From: an uncultured Coriobacteriales bacterium
GTDB taxonomy: Bacteria > Actinomycetota > Coriobacteriia > Coriobacteriales > UMGS124
DNA length: 64,000 nucleotides
Reading direction: 5' to 3'
Assembly: GCA_934636245.1 (NCBI GenBank)
Contig: CAKUAI010000003.1
Coordinates: forward strand, 120,305-184,304
The translations under genes and the position numbers were made by a program. Under the pieces are notes generated by a model. The model was given only the letters and a program-made list of their open reading frames with translations. It did not search any database and had not been told where the DNA came from. Below, piece after piece: positions 45,485 through 54,123 of the stretch (within the stretch, counting starts at the first letter, position 1; the number at the start of each line of letters is the position of its first letter).

Positions 45485-46399
45485 TCATCGTGCTTGTCTT
45501 GTTGATTTAAGCGCATCGAACACGGCGCGCACATGAGGGTTCGGCTCTCGACGCCGACGGACGACGCATAGGTCAAACGTGTCCTGGGTGTCGCTGAGTG
45601 GCCGGGATACGATATTTGGCCCCATGGTGGCATACCCAGGGAAATACACCCCGAATACAACCTGATCAGAAGATAATGGTGTGCAAATAGCGTGCTCATC
45701 GCAATAGAGGTGCGGCTCGCTGATGTCATGCTTGCGACAGATGCGTGCTACATATTCGTGATACCCAGCACGTCCTATCAGGGGATATGTCAGAAGTGTT
45801 TGCCCTCGGATGTTGTCAAATGTAATGTGCGGAAGCGATGCGAGCGGATGGCCTCGATAACAGGAGACGCCAAACGGCAAGTTCATCAGGTGCTCGACAC
45901 GCAGGCGTCGGTCATTGCGTAAAAATGCCCCATATGAAAAGGCGAGCAGTATATCGGCCTGGTCTTCAAAAAGAAGATCGATACTGTCTCTCAGCCCAAC
46001 GTCGCGAATGGGCACGGTAAGGGGGGTCCCATTTTCAATCACGGCATCCCGTGCATCGGCAACGAGACGAGAGAGGTCACTGTTGAGCAAGGGTCCTGCT
46101 ACTCGCACCGTTGCATTGGCCTCACGCGTCAATCCTGCGTTTTGCGCTGATCGCACGGAAGCAAGCGCTGTCTCATAAGATTCGACAACATCTCGCAGTC
46201 CATCTACGAACAGCTCGCCCTCTATGGTCAAATCGACGCTCGCGGTATCGCGGTCAAAAATGCGGAAACCAACCTCCCGCTCGGCGGCTGCCACATGTTT
46301 GCTCAGCGTTGGTTGGGTGACAAAAAGCTCTTCAGCTGCATCGCTGAAACTGAGCCTGTCAGCAACGGCTATCAACTCACGGCAAGAGCGAATATCCAC
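45485..46399 (-). CDS. LysR-family transcriptional regulator
   Basis: MDIRSCRELIAVADRLSFSDAAEELFVTQPTLSKHVAAAEREVGFRIFDR. Divergent from the reductase gene at 46608. Confidence 0.85.
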   Translation of the reverse strand: MDIRSCRELIAVADRLSFSDAAEELFVTQPTLSKHVAAAEREVGFRIFDRDTASVDLTIEGELFVDGLRDVVESYETALASVRSAQNAGLTREANATVRVAGPLLNSDLSRLVADARDAVIENGTPLTVPIRDVGLRDSIDLLFEDQADILLAFSYGAFLRNDRRLRVEHLMNLPFGVSCYRGHPLASLPHITFDNIRGQTLLTYPLIGRAGYHEYVARICRKHDISEPHLYCDEHAICTPLSSDQVVFGVYFPGYATMGPNIVSRPLSDTQDTFDLCVVRRRREPNPHVRAVFDALKSTRQAR

Positions 46400-46607
46400 G
46401 TCAACTCCCGTCTAACCATGTCAAGCAGCAGTTATTCCATTTTGTACTCAACATAGTGCCAAAACGGACCTTCCTGATACTTTCACCTGAGCCCATAGTA
46501 GTCCATGAAGACGGCATCGAAAAGGGAGGTGCCGCCTGATTCAGCTGGAGCCGGTTTTCGGTAAGCGGGTGGGGGATGAGGATCGGCACGTCGAAAGGGG
46601 AGCTAGC

Positions 46608-48293
46608 ATGACTGCAAACGTTATGTCACGCAGGGGTTTCGCCGGAGCCGTGGGTGCGGCTGGTATAGGCATGGCAGCGACGGGCTTTGTCAATGCCGCC
46701 ACAGCTCGCGCTGATGAGGCTTCTGTCTTGATTGGAAACCTTCCCGCAGAATGGGATGCTGAAGCCGATGTTGTTGTCATCGGCATGGGTGGAGCTGGCT
46801 TGTCTGCTGCCATTGCAGCAAAGCTCGCTGGAGCAGAATCGGTCATTACACTTGAAGCGGCCCCTGAAGAAGAGGCCGGCGGCACGACTCGTGTTTCGGG
46901 CGACATGTTGATGATTCCGGATGACGTGGATGGTGCGGTTGCTTATCAGACGGCCTTGAATGGCCCTTACGCCGTCGACCCTGATTGCATGAGGGCATGG
47001 GCAGAAGGTGTGACGGCCAACTATGACTGGCTCACGCAGGATCTTGGTTTTACGTTGGGCGATGCGGCGGCCGGTCGTCCCGAGTTTCCCGGCACTGTCG
47101 GTGGTGAGCACATCAAGACCTACTATGTCGACGGCATCTGTGGCATGAGCTCGCTGTGGATTCCCCTCATGGACAAGGCAAATGAGCTGGGCGTTGAGGC
47201 GCTGTATAACGCTCGCGCTGTCAGGCTTATTCACAACTATGAGACGAAGGAAGTCTACGGAGTTCTGACTGAGGACGGTCGAGCCATCAAGGCACGCAAG
47301 GGTGTGGTAATGGCATGCGGCGGTTTTGCTGGCAATCCTGAGATGATGCAGGATTATATGGCGTCCATGGGCTGCCCCAACACGTTCTTCCTTGGTTCTC
47401 CGTACAATGTGGGCGATGGTGTGAAGATGGCCCAACAGATCGGCGCCGATCTTTGGCACATGAATAGCTATGCGGGTGCTAGCACCTGCGTTCGAGCTAT
47501 GAGTGCTGATTCCATCATCTGCGACATTCCCTATCCCACCGGGCATGACTATATTTTTGTCAACGGTGAGGGAAAGCGTTTCATGTACGAGGAAAAGCGT
47601 TCCATTGTCCGCCATGGTAAGCAAAAGGACAAGGGAATCTGGCCTCTGCTTACCGTGCCTTCTCCTTCCTGGATGATTCTGGGAGGCAACAAGAGCGGCA
47701 CTATTGATATTCTGGGTATGGTCACCTATATGGATTGGCCTGTCATCATGGGCAAGGGGCTCAAGACGAATCAAGAGCTCATCGATGCCGGCATTATGTT
47801 CAAGGCCGACACAATCGAAGAGCTTGCCGAAAAAATTGGTTTCCCGCCCGAGACGCTTGCCGAGACCGTTGCGACATACAACCAGTATTGCGCTGACGGT
47901 GCCGATCCTGAATTTGGTCGTGGCGAAGAGGTCTATACCAGTAACCTGTTTAATGCCGTTGAAGGCAAGGACCAAATTTCCAATGCAGGCGAAGGCGAGG
48001 GAGGCGGCGAGGAGGAGCTTGCCATCATGGCGTTTGACCTTGAGCCGCTTGAGGGCCCGTTCTATGGCATCGAAATCGCCTTGGGTATTCTGAACAGCCA
48101 GGGCGGCGCCCGCCGCAATGGCCTGTGCGAGGTGCTTGATACGGATGGTCAGCCCATCCCGCGTCTCTACTCTGCTGGAGAGTTCGGCAGTATTTACGCT
48201 TATATGTACAATGGCGGCGGCAATATTTCCGAAGCCGTGGCAACTGGTCGCGTTGCCGGCCAACAGGCGGCCGGTCTTGACAGCTGGGAATAA
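46608..48293 (+). CDS. Tat-exported FAD-dependent oxidoreductase, fumarate reductase flavoprotein family (substrate unknown)
   Basis: ATG 46608 gives MTANVMSRRGFAGAVGAAGIGMAATGFVNAATARA. FAD motif VVVIGMGGAGLSAAIAAKLAGA. C-terminal IPRLYSAGE. Confidence 0.85.
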   Translation: MTANVMSRRGFAGAVGAAGIGMAATGFVNAATARADEASVLIGNLPAEWDAEADVVVIGMGGAGLSAAIAAKLAGAESVITLEAAPEEEAGGTTRVSGDMLMIPDDVDGAVAYQTALNGPYAVDPDCMRAWAEGVTANYDWLTQDLGFTLGDAAAGRPEFPGTVGGEHIKTYYVDGICGMSSLWIPLMDKANELGVEALYNARAVRLIHNYETKEVYGVLTEDGRAIKARKGVVMACGGFAGNPEMMQDYMASMGCPNTFFLGSPYNVGDGVKMAQQIGADLWHMNSYAGASTCVRAMSADSIICDIPYPTGHDYIFVNGEGKRFMYEEKRSIVRHGKQKDKGIWPLLTVPSPSWMILGGNKSGTIDILGMVTYMDWPVIMGKGLKTNQELIDAGIMFKADTIEELAEKIGFPPETLAETVATYNQYCADGADPEFGRGEEVYTSNLFNAVEGKDQISNAGEGEGGGEEELAIMAFDLEPLEGPFYGIEIALGILNSQGGARRNGLCEVLDTDGQPIPRLYSAGEFGSIYAYMYNGGGNISEAVATGRVAGQQAAGLDSWE

Positions 48294-48445
48294 TGTTCGC
48301 ACGGTAATTTCTGCATGAATTGCCCCTGCGCCTGCCGTATGGGAATCGGACGCAGGGGCACGTGTCTGTAGGGTCCATTGCGAACAACTGCCTGTGAGCG
48401 GGTTCTCGATGCTGCCTTGGTGTTTGATAGTGACTTGCGGTTCCA

Positions 48446-48494
48446 TGAAAATCCCCCAGTAGCGTATCCAGCAAGAAGCGTGCTACTGGGGGAT
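48446..48494 (-). terminator. hairpin downstream of 48525..49232
   Basis: ATCCCCCAGTAGC - 18 nt - GCTACTGGGGGAT, a 13-bp perfect stem, followed by a short T-run on the minus strand. Confidence 0.5.
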
Positions 48495-48524
48495 GCTTTA
48501 TCACTGATCTTTTGAGTGTGTATC

Positions 48525-49232
48525 TTAATCGCGCCAGCGCACGTGGTCTTCCTGGTAGTTGCCGCTGGCGAAGTTGTGGTCGCGGGTGCGCTTGGGGTAG
48601 CGGCGGTACAGCTCCTCAAGCTCGCTGCCAACGCCGGCGTCGCTCGTTACCTTGGACACGAAGATGTCGCGGTTCTGGAAGTTGTAGTCGGCCACGGCGC
48701 GAACGATTCGGCCGTCTTCGGCGTACTCGGCCATGAGGACGTGGTGGACGTAGCCGTCGGGGTCGTACTCGATGGTGGCACCGAGGCTGCCGGGCTCACC
48801 GGGCTTGTCGGTGGTCTCAAGGCGCAGGTGGACGGGCGCCACGGCGGGTGCCCCCTCTTCCTCGCTGGAAATGAGCTCAACGCGCGTGAAGCCGTAGCCC
48901 TTGGGGCCAACGCCCATGTAGAGCGCGCCAATCTCGCCGAACTCATAGCCCGAAAGCTCGCGCGCCTCGCTGAGCAGCATGTTCACGTACTCGGTTGCTT
49001 CAACGAGCTCGTGGGCAAGGGGGTTCTCCATGTCTGGCTCGCCCTCGGCAAAGGGGAAGGCGTAGACCGTCTTGAAGCCGCCCTTCTTGCGGCGCGACGT
49101 CACCACGGGCAGCATTCCTTTGACGCCGAAGGGGAAGTTCGCGTCGTTCTCCACCCGCGTGTCGATGTAGCGCTCAGCGCTCAGCTCGCTGCGCTCGGTG
49201 CCATATGAGTCGTTTGCGCCAATGAATTCCAA
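48525..49232 (-). CDS. hypothetical cytoplasmic protein
   Basis: 235-aa ORF with coherent composition, no signal peptide and no recognised motif. Confidence 0.55.
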   Translation of the reverse strand: MEFIGANDSYGTERSELSAERYIDTRVENDANFPFGVKGMLPVVTSRRKKGGFKTVYAFPFAEGEPDMENPLAHELVEATEYVNMLLSEARELSGYEFGEIGALYMGVGPKGYGFTRVELISSEEEGAPAVAPVHLRLETTDKPGEPGSLGATIEYDPDGYVHHVLMAEYAEDGRIVRAVADYNFQNRDIFVSKVTSDAGVGSELEELYRRYPKRTRDHNFASGNYQEDHVRWRD

Positions 49233-49351
49233 GGTTGCTCCTCAGTGGATGGGTCGTTTGGAGCCAGTATAGCGCAGGGCCGCGCGCATGCGGCTTGCAA
49301 GCGCGCGGCCCCATCGGGTCAACCAAAGAGGATGCTGGATGCGCGAGGCGT

Positions 49352-50302
49352 CTAGACCGTCTCGCAACCTTCGATTTCGCCCCTGTTCATCTCGGCCAGA
49401 AGCTCGCGCATCTCGTCGGGCGAGAACGTGTACTTCTTGGAACAGAAGTTGCAGGCAAGCTCGACGGGCTCGCCTTCGTCGATGAGCTTCGCAAGCTCGT
49501 CTTTGCCCAGCGAGATGAGGACGCGCTGAGTGCGCTCGCGGCTGCAGTTGCAGGCAAACGAGCAGGGGGTCGCCTCGAGCGGCTCAAAGTCGAGGCCCTT
49601 GAGAACGAGCTCCAGAATGTCGGCGGGAGCCAGGCCGTCCTCGAGCATCTTGGTGACGGAATGCACCTCGCCCAGGTTTGCCTCGAGCTTTGTGAGCGCC
49701 TCCTCGGAGCAGTCGGGCATGGCCTGCACGATGAAGCCGCCCGACTGGCGCACGGAGAGGTCGGTGTCCACGAGCACACCCACGCCCACCGAGGTCGGAA
49801 TCTGCTCGCTCTGCACGTAGTAGGCGCTGATGTCGTCGCCGATCTCGCCCGAGAACAGGTCGAGCTGGCTGCAATAAGGCTCGCCCCAGGTGGTGTCCTG
49901 GATGACGGTGAGGGTGCCTTGGCCCACAGCGGCCGACACGTCGAGCTTGCCCTGGCCGTTGAGGGGAATCCACACGTCGGGGTTGCCGGCGAAGCCTTTC
50001 ACGTGGCCCTGCGAGTCGGCGGTCACGGTGAGGCTGGCGAGCGGGCCGTCGCCCTTGATGACGAGGCTGAGCAGCTCGCCGGGGTCCTTGAGCATCGAGC
50101 CCATCATTGCGCCCGCCGTGAGAAGCCTACCGAGTGCCGCCGTGGCGACGGGGCTCGTCTGGTGCGCGTCGCGTGCGAACTGCACGGTGCGCTTCGTCGT
50201 GGTGGCAAACGCGCGAATCTCTCCGCCGCAGGCCGTGCCGCGCACCACGTAATCGGTGTCGCCCAATGCGGCGATTTGTGCGTCCAGTTCTTCCCTGGTC
50301 AT
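49352..50302 (-). CDS. hslO: Hsp33-family redox-regulated chaperone
   Basis: Typical Hsp33 body (..SPVATAALGRLLTAGAMMGSMLK..) and a C-terminal zinc centre, CxC ... CxxC (FACNCSRER ... LACNFCSKKYTF). Confidence 0.85.
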   Translation of the reverse strand: MTREELDAQIAALGDTDYVVRGTACGGEIRAFATTTKRTVQFARDAHQTSPVATAALGRLLTAGAMMGSMLKDPGELLSLVIKGDGPLASLTVTADSQGHVKGFAGNPDVWIPLNGQGKLDVSAAVGQGTLTVIQDTTWGEPYCSQLDLFSGEIGDDISAYYVQSEQIPTSVGVGVLVDTDLSVRQSGGFIVQAMPDCSEEALTKLEANLGEVHSVTKMLEDGLAPADILELVLKGLDFEPLEATPCSFACNCSRERTQRVLISLGKDELAKLIDEGEPVELACNFCSKKYTFSPDEMRELLAEMNRGEIEGCETV

Positions 50303-50437
50303 CTGTGCTCCTATCTGCCTGCCTGGCGTGTGGGCGGGGCCCAGCCAAGCGCGTATCGTCTTCGCGCGTCGCGCTATCGAGCGCGCGCCTTCAAGTCATC
50401 CGCGCATTATACAGGCGTTTGTTTGAAGCACGTGTGG

Positions 50438-51955
50438 TTATCGGGTCGATTGAACGCGGGTTTCAAGCAATGCGATGAGCTCCTCGCGGCTATGTGTATC
50501 GGTTTTGGCGTAGATGTTGCGTAGGTGCGTGCGAAGTGTACTTTCAGTTATGCACGCAGTATCGCAAATGAAAGTATTACTGTTTCCTTGGAGTACGAGC
50601 AACGAAATCTCTCGCTCGCGTTCAGAGAGTCCTAGGCCACCGCAAACATAGGTCATTTCTTCAAGCGTGATTGCGCTCAAGTCCATCGAGGATGCCTTAC
50701 TGGGCGTTTCATATCCACCGCGTTCTTGGGCTTCTTCCATTTCAAGGCGTTTGACCACCTCGCCATCTTCGAGAAGGAATACCGATACGAGTACGGTGAC
50801 AGCGATGATGGCGGCGGCTGTCCCTACGAGGGACAGGCCAGATAGGTTGAGTTGAGAGCAGAGAATTTCGCTGGTGGTACTGCAGGTAGTGAGGGCAATT
50901 TGGCCGACGGCGAACACGAATGCGCCGCCCCTTGGGTCGTGCTCGCCTATACGTGCCCAGAGCGTCCAGGTAAAAACGCGGAAAAACGCCCAGGCGCCGC
51001 CAATGGCCAAGGCCTCATAGTGTTGACTGCCTGGCTCTAGTACCAAGGTAAGGAGCAGACAGCCAATGACGAATGGGGTAATGAGGCGGTAAAGCCGGGA
51101 GAAACTGCCAATTTTACCTTGTGTGACCTGGGCGATTGCCAAGATAACAAGGCAAACACAGATGCCTGCGACAAGTGTATAAAACTCAGTGGAGACGGTC
51201 GTTTTTGTCTCTGAGAGATGGTTGGTGGCGATAAAGACTGCGCCGAGGGCACCCGTGGCGATGAAGGGCTTGAGGCTAGGGAGCGCATGGGTGGAGGAGC
51301 CGTCCCTTGAACCGTGGCTTGATTCCTCAGTGCCCCAGCCTTTTAAAGCCTCAGTTCTCAGGGCCAACAGAGTGACTCCTGATAGCAAGGGGAGTATGGG
51401 TCTAAAAACCAAGGCCGCCCCAGGAGAGAGGCATGCCTCTATCAAGCAGATACCGAACGAAATGCCGTAGCCGCCCGCAGTACAGCCAAGCATGTGAGAG
51501 GCGCCACAGGAGCTTAGGAGTTCTCCCCACAGCACGACAAGCCCCGCGCTCGTAGCGAACAGAATTCTTCCGATGGCAACGCCAACAAAGTGCGCCTCGT
51601 CGCCGATCCACCCACAAAGATAAAGCAGCACGGTTCCAAGGGCTGGTCCCATACAGGCGATAGAAATGAGCCAGCGGCGCTCAATAAGCATGCCAGGTTT
51701 CCGGTGCGTGCTCACAGCGAAAACAAGCAGCAGGAATAAGAGAAGGGTAGTGGCGGCATAGCCCCATATGCCGAGTGTCTCACGCACGCCGGACAGAGGG
51801 GCGGGGAAAAGAGTGGGCGAAATATCAATAGTTTGCCAACCGAGGTAGCAGCCGATGCCAACGGACATAAGCATGCGAGCGGCCGGACTGAAATCGGTTT
51901 TTCCACGCGCCCTGTGCGGGGAATTGTTCTCGATGTCCCGCGCCTCTTCTGCCAT
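50438..51955 (-). CDS. LuxR-family transcriptional regulator with a polytopic N-terminal membrane domain
   Basis: About 10-12 TM helices followed by the HTH LSEREREISLLVLQGNSNTFICDTACITESTLRTHLRNIYAKTDTHSREELIALL. Divergent from the reductase gene at 52213. Confidence 0.85.
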   Translation of the reverse strand: MAEEARDIENNSPHRARGKTDFSPAARMLMSVGIGCYLGWQTIDISPTLFPAPLSGVRETLGIWGYAATTLLLFLLLVFAVSTHRKPGMLIERRWLISIACMGPALGTVLLYLCGWIGDEAHFVGVAIGRILFATSAGLVVLWGELLSSCGASHMLGCTAGGYGISFGICLIEACLSPGAALVFRPILPLLSGVTLLALRTEALKGWGTEESSHGSRDGSSTHALPSLKPFIATGALGAVFIATNHLSETKTTVSTEFYTLVAGICVCLVILAIAQVTQGKIGSFSRLYRLITPFVIGCLLLTLVLEPGSQHYEALAIGGAWAFFRVFTWTLWARIGEHDPRGGAFVFAVGQIALTTCSTTSEILCSQLNLSGLSLVGTAAAIIAVTVLVSVFLLEDGEVVKRLEMEEAQERGGYETPSKASSMDLSAITLEEMTYVCGGLGLSEREREISLLVLQGNSNTFICDTACITESTLRTHLRNIYAKTDTHSREELIALLETRVQSTR

Positions 51956-52212
51956 TACGGTGACTCCCTAGCGTGCATCGTGAATAAAATCGACAAATAT
52001 CCAGCTCATAGACCGTGCGAGAAAAGCAATACCTCACAGTCTACCTCACGTGGGGACATACGGTACCTTTCATTTTCACGCAGGTTCATCGGCTTGACGT
52101 ATGGATTGATGGCTCGGCGCGGACGATGCTTTGAATTGTCCGACCGACGCATTCGCGCCTGTCGTTTTTTTGGCCTGGGCTGGTGTGCCCATCAATATAA
52201 GGAGGCTCTACT

Positions 52213-53652
52213 ATGAATGACAGCACTTTGAACCGTCGCTCTTTTGTTGCCCTGTCGTGCGCTGCTGCTGGTATGGTTGCGGCTGCTGGTACCGGTACTG
52301 CCAAGGCTGATGACGTTAAGGCCCAGGCTGTTGCTTTGGGCAATGCCGACGTCAACTTTGCCGAAGAAGTCGAAGTCCTCATTGTTGGTGCTGGCCTCTC
52401 TGGCATGATGGCTGCCTGGGAGATTGCCTCTGCGGGGCATCAGGTTCTCATTGCTGAGCAGAATGGCTTCCTTGGTGGCGACGCCATTTACTCTGCCGCT
52501 TGCATGATGTGCACTACTGCGGAGCTTACCAAGGAGGAGCGCCCTGAGAAGTACATGGATGAAGAAACCATCCGCACGCTTTTTGCTCCCTACTACGATT
52601 CCGAGCTTGCCCTTGACAAACTTGTTCAAAATCAGATGTGGGCAGGCAAGTGGATTGACCTGCTGCATTATGAATGGGGCTACGAGTTCCAGCCCCGCAT
52701 GGAGTGCCCCTATCTCCAGGCGTACTTCCCGAAGGATGGTATCTGCACTATGTATACCGCCTTTGACCTCATGGATCAGAAGATTCAAGAGGCCGGTGCG
52801 ACGTATGAGTACGACATTGAGATGACCACCCTTATCGTCGACGCCGAGGGTACTGTGTGTGGCGCACGCTTCCTGCAGAAGGACGGCACCTACAAGGACA
52901 TCAAGGCGGGCACTGTCGTTATTGCAACGGGCGGTTATGTCTCCAACCAGGAGTGGATGACCCAGTACGCGCCCGACTACGCCGATCTGGGCAACATCGT
53001 CTCCGGCCGCACTGGCGAGGGCATCAAGGCGGGTCTGGCAGCCGGTGGCACTCTGTTCGGCATGGGGCCCGTGGGCAACCTCAATCCTAAGTACGAGGCT
53101 GGCCACATGCTGGGCGTTCACTACCCCATCCTGGGCATTCTTCCCAATGGCAAGCGTTTTTACTGCGAGACTGCTGTTCACAACGCGGCCACCGGTGCCA
53201 TCGCCGCCGGCTATCACGAGTGGTATACCATTTTTGATGACGTCGCGATGAATGGTGTTGATCAGGAGCTCCTCAAGCATGCGGGAGATGCGGTTCAGAC
53301 CGCCGCTTCCTTTGAGGAGCTGGCTGAAATGACGGGTATTCATCCCGATTACCTGCAGGCTACCTTCGATGAATGGGCTTCGATTTGCAACGGTGAAGCA
53401 GAGGACCCCTTTGGTCGCACGCTTTTCCTGCAGGAGCTGCAGCCGCCGTTCTACTTCATCCGTAACGTTCCCGTGCGCTACAAGTCCCTTGGCGGCCTGA
53501 ACGTCGACCTGGAATACCATGTGCTCGATGCCGACGAGAACCCCATTCCCAACCTTTATGCCTGCGGCTGCGCTGCTGGCACTGAAGATATCTGCCCCGC
53601 TGCCGCTTCCGGCATGATTGTGGGCACGACGGTGGTTAACGATCTGGCATAA
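52213..53652 (+). CDS. Tat-exported FAD-dependent oxidoreductase, fumarate reductase flavoprotein family (substrate unknown)
   Basis: AAGGAGG RBS. Signal peptide MNDSTLNRRSFVALSCAAAGMVAAAGTGTAKA. FAD motif VLIVGAGLSGMMAAWEIASAGHQVLIAEQ. C-terminal IPNLYACG. Confidence 0.85.
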   Translation: MNDSTLNRRSFVALSCAAAGMVAAAGTGTAKADDVKAQAVALGNADVNFAEEVEVLIVGAGLSGMMAAWEIASAGHQVLIAEQNGFLGGDAIYSAACMMCTTAELTKEERPEKYMDEETIRTLFAPYYDSELALDKLVQNQMWAGKWIDLLHYEWGYEFQPRMECPYLQAYFPKDGICTMYTAFDLMDQKIQEAGATYEYDIEMTTLIVDAEGTVCGARFLQKDGTYKDIKAGTVVIATGGYVSNQEWMTQYAPDYADLGNIVSGRTGEGIKAGLAAGGTLFGMGPVGNLNPKYEAGHMLGVHYPILGILPNGKRFYCETAVHNAATGAIAAGYHEWYTIFDDVAMNGVDQELLKHAGDAVQTAASFEELAEMTGIHPDYLQATFDEWASICNGEAEDPFGRTLFLQELQPPFYFIRNVPVRYKSLGGLNVDLEYHVLDADENPIPNLYACGCAAGTEDICPAAASGMIVGTTVVNDLA

Positions 53653-53661
53653 GAAATGAAA

Positions 53662-53712
53662 AGCGCCCCCGCCTGGCTCACGTGTGTGGACCAAGCGGGG
53701 GCGCTGGTTTTA
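53662..53712 (+). terminator. intrinsic terminator
   Basis: AGCGCCCCCGC - 22 nt - GCGGGGGCGCT followed by GGTTTTAT. Confidence 0.65.
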
Positions 53713-53982
53713 TCGTGCGTGGATGGTGACGTGTGCAGGTTCGGGGCTTCTGCGGCCATCCGCCGTCACAGAGCGCACCAGTAGCTCGTAGTCGCCAACC
53801 TCAGTGGGTGTGAACGTGTAGCTCCAGCGTACGGCAACACTGACCTGAGAGTTGGAGGTGTCGAAGAACGCCCACTTCTCGCCGCCATCAAGGGAGAATT
53901 CGACTCCAATGATATGCGCGTCAAAATCATCGGCGTACCCGTCTACCTCCGGGGACTGTGTTTTCATCTCTGATGTCCGCAT
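53710..53982 (-). CDS. stand-alone Ig-like domain homologous to the C-terminus of the cytochrome-Mo fusion protein (possible gene remnant)
   Basis: VDGYADDFDAHIIGVEFSLDGGEKWAFFDTSNSQVSVAVRWSYTFTPTEVGDYELLVRSVTADGRRSPEPAHVTIHAR aligns by eye with FQGFADAYEVPVTAVEISMDKGATWTTYELGDTDVSRWINWKFEFTPEKAGGYLLMVRGVAADGSVSTDPSQVFFNVR of 62475..63938. Confidence 0.5.
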   Translation of the reverse strand: MRTSEMKTQSPEVDGYADDFDAHIIGVEFSLDGGEKWAFFDTSNSQVSVAVRWSYTFTPTEVGDYELLVRSVTADGRRSPEPAHVTIHAR

Positions 53983-54123
53983 TGTAGCACGAGCGGTTAT
54001 CGCAGGCGCACCGCGTGACCTCGAGAGGGGGGCGATGCGGGTTGAGTTGGATTAAAAAGCTCGGGATCTCGGATGCGCGCGACTTCCATTTCGGTGTACA
54101 GCACGAAGAAGATGTCCTTCTCA

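Noticed and set aside
48322-48359. Hairpin GCCCCTGCG-20 nt-CGCAGGGGC after the reductase gene 46608..48293, considered as a terminator
   Set aside because: No T-run follows it, so it was not called as an intrinsic terminator. It may still be a structural or REP-like element.
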